Positions 25,872-40,307 are shown, counted from the first letter of the stretch. The stretch: DNA of 64,000 bases from Eledone cirrhosa (GCA_964016885.1 OZ024741.1:8866001-8930000), one strand, 5' to 3'. Numbers and translations: made by a program. The notes: generated by a model not told the origin, from the sequence alone.

Positions 25872-25878
<7 letters not shown>
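25475..25878. mobile_element. (TA)n-anchored fold-back element: 80-bp inverted arms, hammerhead, one-sided tail
   Basis: Arms 25569-25648 and 25799-25878; extension 25475-25568 on the left only. Confidence 0.8.
25625..25679 (-). ncRNA. Type I hammerhead ribozyme motif
   Basis: ACTGC-CTGAAGA-GGTCACAGCCgatgatGGCTGTCACC-GAAA-tatata-TA-GCGGT; stem I ACTGC/GCGGT (GCAGT in the other arm). Confidence 0.8.
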
Positions 25879-25949
<71 letters not shown>

Positions 25950-26242
25950 ATATATTAGAAATAGGATATTAGCTCCAACATAGCTGTATACATATTTGTA
26001 TATGGAGGTTGTATATCGAATAATATACGATATGTTTGTGAATAAACATTTGAAAGCCTTTAGTTCTGGGTTTTAAAGGTGATGACTAATGTCATTTACC
26101 TTGTTCCAGCATAAACAATGCGAAGTAGCCGACAGTGATGTCTCTGGCTAATTGGCCTTTGTCAAGGTTACGTATCCCCTTCCTTGCCTTTTACTGGGAC
26201 CCATTGAAGCCAAAAGCACACACACACACATATATATATATA

Positions 26243-26400
26243 TAATAAAGAATTAGAAATAGAAGAAATACCTATCTGTAATGCGAAGAAATACCTATGA
26301 TGGCTAGTAGACCACTGATGATGGATAGTCCTGGCTTCTATTTCTAATTCTTTATTAAATATATCATATTTGCAACAACACAGCTCGCCATTTTTCATTC
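26243..26400. mobile_element. Small fold-back with 23-bp arms, CTGATGA relic and one-sided tail between (TA)n tracts
   Basis: TAATAAAGAATTAGAAATAGAAG ... CTTCTATTTCTAATTCTTTATTA; CTGATGATGGATAGTCC inside. Confidence 0.55.
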
Positions 26401-26544
<144 letters not shown>

Positions 26545-26720
26545 AGATCAAAAGATGGTTAAAGGAGTTCCATATAGTTTATTATGCGCATTTCAAAAAC
26601 AAACATCATCAAGCAATAATATTTGTGTTTTCATCAGATAAAACAGGAGAACATGATATGAAGGCTAAAAAAACACTTGTTGATAGTGCAGTTTTAAATC
26701 AACATATATGCACCTCCTAC

Positions 26721-26760
<40 letters not shown>

Positions 26761-26765
<5 letters not shown>

Positions 26766-28847
26766 AGGGGAGGGTCATATTTGTGTAATAATATTGCCAG
26801 AATTAATAAAAGAACACACTCACTGTTTGGTTGGTTTTCGCTCCTGTATCTTTTATATCAGTTAATTTAATTTATTCGGTTCTCAATGTTACCATTGACT
26901 GACCAACGGTCAAAAATACAGATATAATATAGACACAAACACATATATATAGTCTAACAAAGTTCTTTCGTTACACATCTGCAACATCGTCAGTGGTACT
27001 ATTATGTTTCCTCTTGTTGTATTGTATGTCTACGCACTCTTTATTTAATCTGTTTATTCATTTATTTATTTATTTATTTATTTATTTTATTTATTTTTGT
27101 CTACTTCTCTGCGCATGCGTTTGCGTGTGTGTATAGTGTTTGGTGTGTGTTCGTGTTTAGGTTACTGTGTTTTGGTTATTGTATTCTATCTTAGTTTACT
27201 AGTGTGTGTTTATATGTGCTTGTTCTTATTGTGCTTCTGTATGTATTTATTTATTTATTTATTTATTTATTTATTCATTTATCCTTCTCTTAGGTCAGTA
27301 TTGTTTGTTTGGGTGTTGTTGTTATTCCATTCATTTGTTTCTGTTTAGCTTTGGCCTTCTAAGTTCTATTTCACTGGCCTCTCTGATTTGCCTACCTGTT
27401 GAGTCATTTCTATGTTTAGATATTATTCTAATTTCTATGTTGTCTATGTTACCGTCGTGTTGTTATCTGACGTGTTCGTATAGTACTGAACCGTTTTTTC
27501 GTCCTTTTAGTTTCCCCCAGTGTTGGTCTATCTTTTCACCTATGCTACGAGAAGTCTCGCCTATGTATGTTGTTGTCATGTTTCTGCAAGTACCCTCTAT
27601 ACATCCTATGCTATAGACTACATTTCTAGTTTTACAGTTTATCCGGGGGTTTATTTTACATATAATACATTTCCTATTAGTACAGTGGTTTTCTTAAAAG
27701 GGTATGTTTTGCTGATAAGGGATTTTATGGTGGTTCCTGGCTTTTCTACCACCTTAATCTTTAAGTGGGTCTTTTTGGGGGCCTTTCTACACTGGTTAGC
27801 TAATTTCCCTCCACGGGCAGCGTCCACAAACATGATACTCTGGTATCTCAGGTTGTCGTACCATGAGGTGGCTTTCCCTATCTTATGTCTAGTCCTATCT
27901 AAGCTATTCCATGATTTGCTCCTGTATAATGGGCAAATTCCTTTCATGTCCAGTTCTATAGGGGTCTTATACTTCTCCGTGGCTCCTTCGTATACTCTGA
28001 TTCTGTCCCTTTTGTTGTAGCCAGAGAACTGCATGCGGTTGATGAAGTGTTGGATGTGTCTTTCCATTTCTGTTGGGTCGCACATGTGGGACACATTCTT
28101 CATCACTCTTACCAAGTCTGCGATCAGAATATTAAACTTAGCACTACTGGACATTGCTGAGTTTTTGAGTATCAGGTATTTGGAGGCCATGGGTTTAGCG
28201 TAGTGTGAGTGGAGAATTTGGGCTCTCTTGTCTATAGTGTTAATCCAGAGTTCTGTGTCTAATACAGGTAGTCTATTGTTAGGGTGTTTGGAAGGGTAGT
28301 CGATAGTTACAGTTATACTCTGGTGTATGGAATTAGCTATCTGCTGGATGCTTTCCATTGTGCTACGTTCTAAATCAAACTTGTTAGTACTCTCTAGTGG
28401 GGATGTCCTTATTACTATATTGACATCGTCTACGTAACGAGAGTACATGATGAGGTCTATGGAGCTCTCATCAAGGAGATCTTTAAGTTTCCTTTCCCAC
28501 CATACCACGAAAAGGTTGGCAACGTCACCAGCTATGCTGACGCCAATGGCTGCACCCTCATTTTGGGTGTAGATCTTCTCGTTGAATTTGAATATGTGGC
28601 CCTTTGGGGTAGTTTTAATACTAGTCTCTATTACATATGCGACCATTTTTCTTACCTGATAATTGTTTTGGCGGGTCCGTATGGCTTTGGTCCACCCAAT
28701 CCACCTTCCCATGTGAGTCTTTTTAGCCATAGAGGTTATGGAGGGGGGGGTCTACCTCTTATGGGTCTACTGGGGCAGAAACGTCTAATGTCATGGCTGT
28801 CTAGGTAGTCAGTGTCATAGGTAAGTCTAAGTAGGAGGCCCAATTCG
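26761..28847 (-). mobile_element. PLE family A copy, single arm, 5'-truncated, TA repeats on both sides
   Basis: ORF 27651-28730 is highly similar to 14036-15127; frameshift in the Cys linker; same 3' UTR. Confidence 0.93.
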
Positions 28848-28993
28848 TATATATATATACATTCCTTTGTTACATTGATTAAGGCTCGATTTTATTCTCT
28901 GAATTCTATCTTGAGCTGTTTTTAGAGACAAGACATGTGTTTGATATGTTTGATTTTGTATCATTCATGACACCCTTTACTTTGAAAGTAGTA

Positions 28994-29518
<525 letters not shown>

Positions 29519-29519
<1 letters not shown>

Positions 29520-29958
29520 TGGGTGCTATGGGATTTTAGGATACAGACGGACAAGAAATTAGAACACAATAGGCCTGACCTGGTGGTTTGGGACAAGGAA
29601 AAATGATCGTGCCTGATTGTTGATGTAGCCTGCCCATTTGACACGAGAGTGCAAGAAAAGGAGTGGGAGAAAATTAACCGATACCAGGACTTAAAGTGGG
29701 AGTTAAAAAGGATTTGGAACTGCCAAGGTCGTCCCGATTGTCATAGGCGCACTAGGTACTATCTCAAAGAGATTCCAAGGATGGTTAAAGAAGATTAGTC
29801 CAGTCCCGCTTTTTGGAAGACTTCAAAAGGCATGCTTGCTGGGAACAGCAAGAACCCTCCGATACGTCCTGAATATCTGAGGCTGCAGGTAGCAGCTTGA
29901 TATTCATTTCAACAAACTTTCCAGTTAAATAACATCAATGACTGAGACTCAAAGAACA
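29519..29958 (+). mobile_element. 3' end of a second Dong/R4-type RLE family inside (TAA)n
   Basis: VLWDFRIQTDKKLEHNRPDLVVWDKEK*SCLIVDVACPFD..EKINRYQDLKWELKRIW. Confidence 0.85.
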
Positions 29959-30075
29959 ATAATAATAATAATAATAATAATAATATATATATATATATAT
30001 ATAGGTGCCCCAGCATGGCCTCAGCCGGATGGCTGAAACAGGTAAAAGAGTAATATATATATATAGGTAAGTTAT

Positions 30076-30190
30076 TCCGGGTTGAATCGGAGGTAACCAC
30101 AGTAAGTAAGGTACTCAATACATAGTGAGTACCTTAAGATTCTTGATGATTTCTAAAGAACACAGTTCTAGTCCTGTTGAATCTCATCTA
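30076..30190. mobile_element. Family C inverted terminal-repeat remnant between TA repeats
   Basis: Tail CCGGGTTGAATCGGAGGTAACCAC..AAGGTACTCAATAC joined to TTGATGATTTC..CAGTTCTAGTCCTG. Confidence 0.55.
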
Positions 30191-30719
30191 TATATATATA
30201 TATATAGATATATATATATAGATATATATGTACAAATATATACATATAAAGCATGCGTAGGTGTGTCAACAAGAGTACTCTGCTAATTTTGAAGTTCTCG
30301 TGGGAACAACAGTAGTTCCATAATGGTCTCATTCAATGCAGCCATATATGAACATTACAACAACAATAATAATAACAATACGCTGGTAACGACGGAGATG
30401 TGAAGAAAAGAAAGGAAGAAGAAAAAGAAAAATACTACTAAAGATGTAAAATTAGTAGTGGTGGTGGTCGTAGTAGTATTAGTAGTGGTAGTAGTAGTAG
30501 TAGTGGTGGTGGTAGTGGTCGTAGTAGTAGTAGTGGTAGTAGTAGTTGTTGTAGAAGAAGAAAGAGAAGAAAGAGGAGAAAGAGGAGAAAAAAAGAAAGA
30601 AAAAAAGATGAATGAATGAGAATGGGAAGGAGGAGGAGAAGGCGGAGGGGGAGAAGGAAGAGGAGGTGAAAGCAACAAGTGGAAGAATAATGAAATAGGA
30701 AATCCATCAGAATGATTAA

Positions 30720-31485
30720 AACAACAACAACCACAACAACAACAACAACCACTACAACAACCACAGCAACCACAACAACAACGACCACAACAACCACAAC
30801 AACCACAACAACCACAACAACAACAACCACAACAACCACGACAACAACGACCACAACAACCACAACAACCACAACAACAACAACCACAACAACCACAACA
30901 ACAACGACCACAACAACCACAACATTCACAACAACAACAACAACCACAACAACCACAACAACAACAACAACGACCACAACAACAACGACAGCAACCACAA
31001 CAACAACGACCACAACAACCACAACAACCACAACAACAACAACCACAACAACCACGACAACAACGACCACAACAACCACAACATCCACAACAACAACAAC
31101 AACCACAACAACCACAACAACAACAACAACGACCACAACAACAACGACAGCAACCACAACAACAACAACCACAGCAACCACAACGACCACAACAACCACA
31201 ACAACCACAACAACAACAACCACAACAACCACGACAACAACGACCACAACAACCACAACAACCACAACAACAACAACCACAACAACCACAACAACAACGA
31301 CCACAACAACCACAACATTCACAACAACAACAACAACCACAACAACCACAACAACAACAACAACGACAGCAACCACGATAACAACGACCACAACAACCAT
31401 AACAACCACGACAACAACGACCACAACAACAACCACAACATCCACAACAACAACAACGACCACAACAACAACAACCAGCACAACA
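30720..31485. repeat. (CAA/CCA/CGA)n degenerate trinucleotide array with internal block duplications
   Basis: Direct reading; rare ACATTCAC and ACATCCAC variants recur. Confidence 0.92.
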
Positions 31486-31654
31486 AAGAAAAGGCCCAAA
31501 GCAACGGGGTGTAGGAGGTCGGTAAGGTGGGAGAGAGAGGCCAATGTTGGCAGGAAACCGTTTCACTGTGGAATTTCTAAATTGGATGATAGGAAAGATG
31601 TTGGACATTATCTCTTGTCAAGATCAGATGTTACGGTCAGTTTGTATAGCAGGG

Positions 31655-31679
31655 AATTGGTGACTTATGTCTCATCACC

Positions 31680-31728
<49 letters not shown>

Positions 31729-31803
31729 GAGGATTGGTGACTTATGTCTCACCACCATCTCTCTCACACACACACACATATATATATATACACCATGTCA
31801 CTT

Positions 31804-31840
<37 letters not shown>

Positions 31841-31851
31841 CCATGTCACTT

Positions 31852-31886
<35 letters not shown>

Positions 31887-31899
31887 CACCATGTCACTT

Positions 31900-31932
<33 letters not shown>

Positions 31933-32007
31933 GGAGGATTGGTGACTTATGTCTCACCACCATCTCTCTCTCACACACACACATATATATATATATACAC
32001 CATGTCA

Positions 32008-32067
<60 letters not shown>

Positions 32068-32080
32068 ATGTCACTTACAC
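31655..32080. repeat. Composite tandem repeat of short unique cassettes with (CA)n(TA)n spacers
   Basis: ATTGGTGACTTATGTCTCA x3 and ACCATGTCACTTACAC x5. Confidence 0.8.
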
Positions 32081-32588
32081 ATCCATATATATATCATACT
32101 GTCATAGACACATAAACATATACACATACGCATATACATACACACTTACATATACTTAGATATCTTTCCGTAGACACATAAACATATTCATATACACAAT
32201 AAACACATACATATATATAAATATATATACACATACACATAAATATATATATACACATATACATACTTATATATCATACCAAAGTAGACACATAAACATA
32301 TACACATACATACACATATACAGGCACATAGATATATGCATATACATATAAACATATATACATATATATATGTATATATACATACTTATGCATATATATC
32401 ATACCGTAGACACATAAATATATTCATATACACATAAATACATACACACACACATATATATAAATATATATATATATACACATAAACATGCACACACAAA
32501 TAGATCATACTGTATACACATAAACATGTAAACATACATATAAACATACATAGATACGTGCTTATAAACATACATATAAATCATGCCC

Positions 32589-34640
32589 CAATACCTATAA
32601 ACATACATGGTGATTACTTCACCTTTGTAGATGATTGCCGTCTCCCTATGTATCCCCTTCAACCGTCACCAACTCCAAACGTCTGTCCATGGCCTCTTAG
32701 GTGGCTTTTAAGTCCAGCATTAGATCTGCATGGTCTGCAGCAAATGTGACAGACAAATGATGTGCCCTCTATGAGATTGATTGTGTCAGTTTGTGGGATG
32801 TCTTCCTTATGTACCCTCATATATCTTTTAAGATCAGAGATTGATTTGCAGATCTTTTTGCCCACCACACATGTTGTTTCACCTACTATTGGAGGGCTAG
32901 AACTGCATACAGTTGGCTTGTTATGTGATTTTAAATGAGTGATGTGCCCAGATTTAGAGAGCAGTAAATGACCACACACCTTACAAATCCAGCTCACTAT
33001 GTTCTTATTGAGGTTCATTCTGTGGCCTTTTCGAAGTTGACCGTTAAGTTTTTCATGGTCAAGACATCTCTCTTCAAACATTCTGCAGCCTTCTTTTACA
33101 TGTCCTCTCCATTTGCCCCTCTTTAAAGCAAGCACTTCCCAGTTCTGGACTTCAAACTGTAGATCTTTAAGGTTGTTTTCTATGAAATCCTTATGTTCTT
33201 GGTTTGTGCTGAGGGCATTTCCGAGTATGCAATTGATTGTAAAATAGTTCTTTTGGGAGTCTTTCCTCATTCATGCGCACAACATGGCCTACCCAACACA
33301 TTTGATAGGATATGATGGTAGATTCAATGCTCGTGTAACCACCATCTATAAGGATTGTGTGTCAGGTATTTTTTGTTGCCATTTGATGTTTAAGATTCGT
33401 CTTAAACACTTTTGATTAAAGTGTTCAAGCAAATTAAGGTATCTACGATGTACTGTCCCCGTTTCGAACAGTACAACAGAGCACTCAGAATGAAGGTCTT
33501 GTACACACTTATCTTGATATTGATGCCATGGTCTGCCCACACTCTCTTCTCAAGTTTTCCGAAGGTTACAGAGGCTTTCTGAATGCGCAGATGTATTTCT
33601 ACATCCAGTGAACCATCCCTTATAACGCACTACACAGGTAAACAAAAGTGTCAACTACACCCTACCTAGTTCCATGCACCATTATATTTGGCTCAATATA
33701 TGCTTCCCTTGGTGATGGGGTGAACATTACCTTAGTCTTTTTCACATTAATTTTCATGCCAAAGGCATTACAAGAAGCTGCAAAACAATCCCTGTTGTGT
33801 TGCATGTCATATTGAGAGTGAGCCAGGACAACATGGTCTGCATACAGGAGTTCTCTAATTAATATTTGGAACACCTTGGATTTGAAATTGAACCTTCTTA
33901 GGTCAAAGATCCTTCCTGTAGTTCTAACTTGCAATAAAACACCCTTTGCACAGCCCAGGAATGCATGAGTCAGCATCACAGCAAAAAATACTGAAAACAG
34001 TGTGGGAGCCGGGATATCTCCCTACCTCATGCAATTATCAACTGGGATTTCATTGGACAATTCTCCATTCAAGACAACTCTAGCCTTCATATTTCTCTGT
34101 AGTCGGACGAACATATCAATAAACTTTGGTGGGCACCCTATTTTCTCTAATATTTTCCACAGTGCACCTCTGTTCACCGTATCAAAGGCCTTTGTCAGAT
34201 CAACAAAAACCTGATACAGAGGAACCCGTTGCTCAATACATCTCTCCTGTATCTGCCTTGCAGAGAAAATCATATCAATCGTCCCTCTTCCAGATCTAAA
34301 GCCACTTTGTGATTCAGGGATTACTGTAGGACAAATGTCCTTCATCAACCTGTTCAACAATAATCTAGCAAGAACTTTGCCCACAGACTCCAACAGTGTG
34401 ATGCCACGGTAGTGATCGCAGATTCCTTTATCTCCTTTACCAAGGTCACCAAGATACCATCTATCCAATCTTGTGGTATAAGAGCTCCAGCCCACCACTT
34501 TGTGATGAGATGAAGTATTGTTTGTGTTATCTTCTTATTCCCAACTTTTAACACAGGGATTCCATCTGATCCAGGTGCCTTACCTGTGTTTAATTGGATT
34601 TTAACCTCATTAATATCTGATAATCCATTCGAAAATTTAC
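32589..34640 (-). mobile_element. Degenerate 5'-truncated RTE-clade LINE with C-terminal C2H2-type fingers, 3' end in ATGT repeats
   Basis: GKAPGSDGIP, YRGITLL, PESQSGFRSGRGTIDMIF, FVDLTKAFDTV, LLYAD; several frameshifts. Confidence 0.92.
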
Positions 34641-34699
34641 AACACATTGGGAGATACCATCTAGCACATCAACTGATGGGTTATCAAATAAAGATAAAG

Positions 34700-34715
34700 G
34701 TGTTGCTGCTGTTGC

Positions 34716-34771
<56 letters not shown>

Positions 34772-34808
34772 TTGTTATTACTGCTTCTGTTGTTACTGCT
34801 GCTGCTGC
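34700..34808. repeat. (TTG/CTG)n microsatellite
   Basis: Direct reading. Confidence 0.9.
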
Positions 34809-35270
34809 CGCGGTTGTTTAAAGTTCCATATTACAGTTTCATTCAACACGTCCGGTACCAGTTGGAAAGATGTCTACCACATCTGGAGGACTCCAGACAG
34901 ACAGACAGACAGACAGTTGATAGGTCTGTATTGCAACAGCGTTGATGTCAATACGGCTGTGTATTCCGTACAGCTGGCTTAATGTTGTCAACTGACATAC
35001 GGCTGATCTCTTGCAACCCCCCCCCCCCCTACTCTGACACTATGTCGTCACAATTACACCCACACCTACTCACATATATACACACATATACATACATATA
35101 TACTTATATACATTTATACATACATACATATATACATTTTTACACGCATACATAAACACATGCATATACAGAACCCCCTGCTCTCATTCTTTGCTTGTCT
35201 CTCTGACAGTTCCCCTTTTACTGCCACGATGGCTCCTCATACACATACACACACACAGACACACACACAG

Positions 35271-35301
<31 letters not shown>

Positions 35302-35674
35302 GAGAGAAACTAACACGGAGTGCGTCTGAGCGTTTCTGTCTAAGTGCGTGTATGTATATGTATATATGTATATATGTATGTATGTGTATGTATGTAAGTA
35401 TGTTTCTATGTGTATATGTGTATATATGTATGCATATATATATATGTATATATGTATGTATATATGTATGTATGTGTGTATGTGTGTATGTATGTGTGTA
35501 TATATATATATGTATGTATGTGTGTTTGCTGGGGGAAGGGAGGAAGTATGGCGGTTGTACATTGTATCTTATCGTTTGCTGAAATCAACTGTTCTGACGA
35601 CGGAGATCGTCCATTCCTAACACAGAACACAACATTGGCTTCACTTCCGGTCCACCACTCCTTAATGGCCGTCT

Positions 35675-37010
35675 CATACATATACATACACACACACACA
35701 CATACCCATACATACACGCACACATACACACACATACACACACATACATACACAGTACATACACAGTACATACACACATATACACATACACGTACACACG
35801 TACATACACACGTACATACACACATATACATACACACGTACACACATACATACACACGTACATACACACATACATACACACGTACACACATACACACGTA
35901 CACACATACACACCCACGTACACACATACATACACACGTACACACATACATACACACGTACATACACACATATACACATACACGTACACACATACACACA
36001 CACATACACACATGTAGGCATACAAACATACTTAGACACATACACCCATACACACACATAAACATACAAACATGTAGACATGCATACACACACCTCACAC
36101 AAACACATACGCACAGCACACACAAACACATACACATACCACACACAAACACATACACACACCACACACAAACACATACACACAGATTTGAACATAGACA
36201 CACGCACAAGACAGAAACATACACACATACACAAACACATGCACCCACGTACGTATACGTATATACAAAAATACGCACGTACATACACACACCAACGCAC
36301 ACGGACATACAAACATACGTAGTCACACACACAACCTTATACAAAGAACAAGTTCCCACACAAACATACATAGACACACACAACCACACATAGACACGCA
36401 CGTACAACCACACATAGACACGCACACACAACCACACACAACCACACACAAACACACATAACCAGACACAACCTCACACAAATACATACAACCACACAAA
36501 CCTCACACAAACAGACACAACCACACGCAACCACACACAACCACACACAACCACACACAAACGCACACAAACGCACACAACCAGACACAACCAGACACAA
36601 CCACACACAACCAGACACAAACAGACACAACCACACACAACCACACACAACCTCACACAACCACACACAAACGCACACAAACGCACACAACCAGACACAA
36701 CCAGACACAACCACACACAACCACACACAAACACACACAACCACACACAACCACACACAACCACACACAACCTCACACAAACACACACAACCACACACAA
36801 CCACACACAACCACACGCAACCACACACAACCACACACAACCACACACACCTCACACAAACACACACAACCACACACAACCACACACACACACAAACGTA
36901 AGTTGACGCACACACACAAACACACGCACAAACGCACACAACCACACACAACCACAGACACACACACACAAACACACACAACCACAACCAAAGACACACA
37001 CAACCACAAA
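35675..37010. repeat. CA-rich low-complexity tract grading into a 10-bp minisatellite (CCACACACAA)n at about 36380-37000
   Basis: Direct reading. Confidence 0.9.
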
Positions 37011-37156
37011 CAGATATGTCTACTGTCCCCCTCCTATAGAAGAGGAATCAGTTTCGTGGTTGTTGACCGTCATCAGGGCGGCTCTCACTTTATCGGGGGT
37101 AACTGGATGTATATAAACACCCCCACTATATTTGTTGGTTTCTTACTGAAGAGTTG

Positions 37157-38068
37157 ATTTACAGTTGTAAAACTGTAGCAGTCTTTAATTTCAGGTATAC
37201 AACTGTAGCAGTCTTTAATTTCAGGTATACAACTGTAGCAGTCTTTAATTACAGGTACAAAACTATAGTAGTCTTTAATTTCAGGTGTAAAACCGTAGCA
37301 GTCTTTAATTACAGGTATAAAACTGTAGCAGTCTTTAATTACAGGTACAAAACTGTAGCAGTCTTTAATTACAGGTAAAAACTGTAGTACTCTTTAATTA
37401 CAGGTGTAAAACTGTAGCAGTTTTTAATTGCAGGTATAAAACTGTAGCAGTCTTTAATTACAGGTGTAAAACTGTAGCAGTCTTCAATTTCAGGGGTAAA
37501 ACTGTAGCAGTTTTTAATTTCAGGTGTAAAACTGTAGCAGTCTTTAATTTTAGGTGTAAAACTGTAGCAGTCTTTAATTACAGGTGTAAAACTGTAGCAG
37601 TCTTTAATTTCAGGTGTAAAACTGTAGCAGTCTCTAATTACGGGTGTAAAATTGTAGCAGTCTTTAATTACAGGTACACAACTATAGCAGTCTTTAATTG
37701 CAGGTATAAAACTATAGCAGTCTTTAATTACAGGTATAAAACTATAGCAGTCTTTAATTGCAGATATAAAACTATTATAGTCTTTAATTACAGGTGTAAA
37801 ACTGTAGCAGTCTTTAATTGCAGATATAAAACTATTATAGTCTTTAATTACAGGTGTAAAACTGCAGCAGTCTTTAATTGCAGGTGTAAAACTATAGCAG
37901 TCTTTAATTACAGGTGTAAAATTATAGCAGTCTTCAATTACACGTGTAAAATAATAGAAGTATTTAATTAAGAGTATAAAACTATAGAGGTATATACGAA
38001 AATACGCACGTACATACACACACCAACGCAGTCTTCAATTTCAGGTGTAAAACTGTAGCAGTCTTTAG
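37157..38068. repeat. 30-bp minisatellite AGGTGTAAAACTGTAGCAGTCTTTAATTAC, about 28 copies
   Basis: Direct reading; 10-aa periodic ORFs. Confidence 0.95.
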
Positions 38069-38504
38069 TGGGTAGTGTGGACATTATTTGAGATACGAAC
38101 GGTGTGATATTTAGGCCCTTTATCTAGTGAGGTGGTAGGTGGTAATGTTAATCAACAGCCCAGGTGGACACAACCAGTCCTTTGGTGGTTTCCTGGATTT
38201 CATGTTGCAGCAAATATCTGGGTCAGGTTTCCAGTTTGAGGATAACTTCTGGCCCCCAAGTTCCCTCAAAACAAGAAACAGAAGTGGGTATCGTGTGTCA
38301 CCATTCCATCACTGTCTAAACGTCTGCCCCGATCAAAAATAATTACTAGATAAATAAAAATAATCCTGGATACGGTCGGCTCTAACGCACGATCATGCTA
38401 CTGGGATGGCTGGCTTAGGAGGACCTCGCCCGCGTCGAGCAAGAGCAAGAAGAAGAAGAAGATTCACATCACAGTTAGAATGTCTCAGGAAAGAATCGTT
38501 GGAC

Positions 38505-38703
38505 AGACTTTACAGGCAAAAGCAACTGGCCGGAGACCCAGGAGTAGTTCTCGGAGTAGATATCGGGCAAGATGCTTGGATAACATCCATGAACTCGGCT
38601 GGGGGATCTAGCTGGATCAATTAGAGACGGTAGCTTCTAACAAGACCCGCTGAAAGGAGTGTTTGAGGACTCTGTACCCAGGACCTTCCCAGGCGAAGAA
38701 GAA
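38505..38703 (+). mobile_element. RTE-type LINE 3' end with GAA tail (degenerate)
   Basis: Homologous to 52268-52463. Confidence 0.7.
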
Positions 38704-39105
38704 AACTAACACTAACAATGATAGGAAGCTGTTGGCAGACTATAACATTCCATTTCTTTCTCTCATTTTCCTTTTTAATTGTTGTTTTTTTCTAATTGTA
38801 TTTATCGTTGATATTGAATTATTTAAAATCAATATATTATACGAACGCTCTAAAAGATTCGATATTTTCTTTTCTGCTATTTTTCTTTCCTTCCTTTTCT
38901 CTTCTATTTTTTCTTTTCTTTCTCTATTTTTATTCTGTTTCTTTCTTCTTCCATCATATATCACTTTCTTATTCATAATATTTTATATCAACCGAGTCTT
39001 CAATAACCAAACAACTAATCTAATTACGACTTTATTTTCAAATATTCTTCATATTCAAACATTTCAACGATTTGCTAAATCGCCTATATGCTATTAATAT
39101 TGAAA

Positions 39106-39620
39106 ATATGTATATCTGTTTGTAGCGAGACTGTCTGTATATCTGTTTGTAGCGAGACTATCTGTATATCTGTTTGTAGCGAGACAGTCTGTATATCTGT
39201 TTGCAGCGAAACAGTCTGTATATTTGTTTGTAGCGAAACAGTCTGTATATCTGTTTCTGTGTAGCGAGACAATCTGTTTCTGTGTAGCGAGACAGTCTGT
39301 ATATCTGTTTCTGTGTAGCGAGACAATCTGCATATCTGTTTGTAGCGAGACAGTCTGTATATCTGTTTGTAGCGAGAAATCTGTATATCTGTTTGTAACG
39401 AGACAGTCTGTATATCTGTTTCTGTGTAGCGAGACTGTCTGTATATCTGTTTGTAGCGAGACAATCTGTATATCTGTTTCTGTATAGCGAGACAGTCTGT
39501 ATATCTGTTTGTAGCGAGACAGTCGGTATATCTGTTTGTAGCGAGACAGTCTGTATATCTGTTTGTAGCGAGACAGTCTGTATATCTGTTTGTAGCGAGA
39601 CAGTCTGTATATCAGTTTGT
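39106..39620. repeat. 28-bp minisatellite CTGTATATCTGTTTGTAGCGAGACAGT(C) with 32-bp variants
   Basis: Direct reading. Confidence 0.93.
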
Positions 39621-40307
39621 TCGCAAAGAAGCACGGTTTGAATGGTGGGGGTGGAGGTGAGGATGATGCTGGTGGGGGTGATGGTGGTGCTGGAGGGGGG
39701 GGGGGGTTGAATGGTGGTGGTGGTGATGGTGGTGATGGTGGTGCTGGTGGTAGTGGTGCTGTTAGTGAAAGTGGCAATGGTAGATGTGGACAATATGATA
39801 GCGGAGTGGGGCAATGTAGTGTCGGGGAAGGAGGAGGAGGGGGGGATATCGCCTGACAATGATATGAAGAGATTAAAAAAGACGGTGCAATTGTAAATTG
39901 GCCAATGATGAGCAATGTGATAGTGTTGTTGTTGTTGTTGTTGTTGTTGTTAGTGGTGGTGGTAGTACGGTGGGGTGTGTGGGGTGTGTGTGTGTGTGGG
40001 GTGGGGGTGGGGTGGGGGTGGGGGGGATTATGGTGGTGGTGTTGATTGTGTTCCAGTTTTTGTTGGTGGTGATGGTGATGTTGGTCTAGGGTGGTCAAGG
40101 GTGGTGGAGGTGGTGTAAGGTGGTGATCTAGAGTGGTGGTGTAGGGTGGTCTAGAGTGGTAGTGTAGGGTGGTGGTGTTGGTGGGATGTAGGACAATGAA
40201 GAAATGGTGTAATTGTAAAACTAGGACATCATGGCTGGATTGAGAGCAGATCTTGTGTCAATATTTACTTAAAATCAATGGCTGAAACAGAACCATCTCT
40301 CGCTCTA

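Noticed and set aside
30355-31728. Mucin-like poly-Thr, poly-Val and Cys-rich ORFs, including a KPFHC zinc-finger-like word
   Set aside because: Frames of a (CAA)n array; KPFHC lacks the second Cys and the His pair
34930-35016. Possible pre-miRNA hairpin
   Set aside because: Pairing is branched and interrupted; no recognisable mature miRNA
37369-38019. 216-aa repeat protein (IKDCYSFTPV)n
   Set aside because: Translation of the 30-bp minisatellite with no splice or domain evidence
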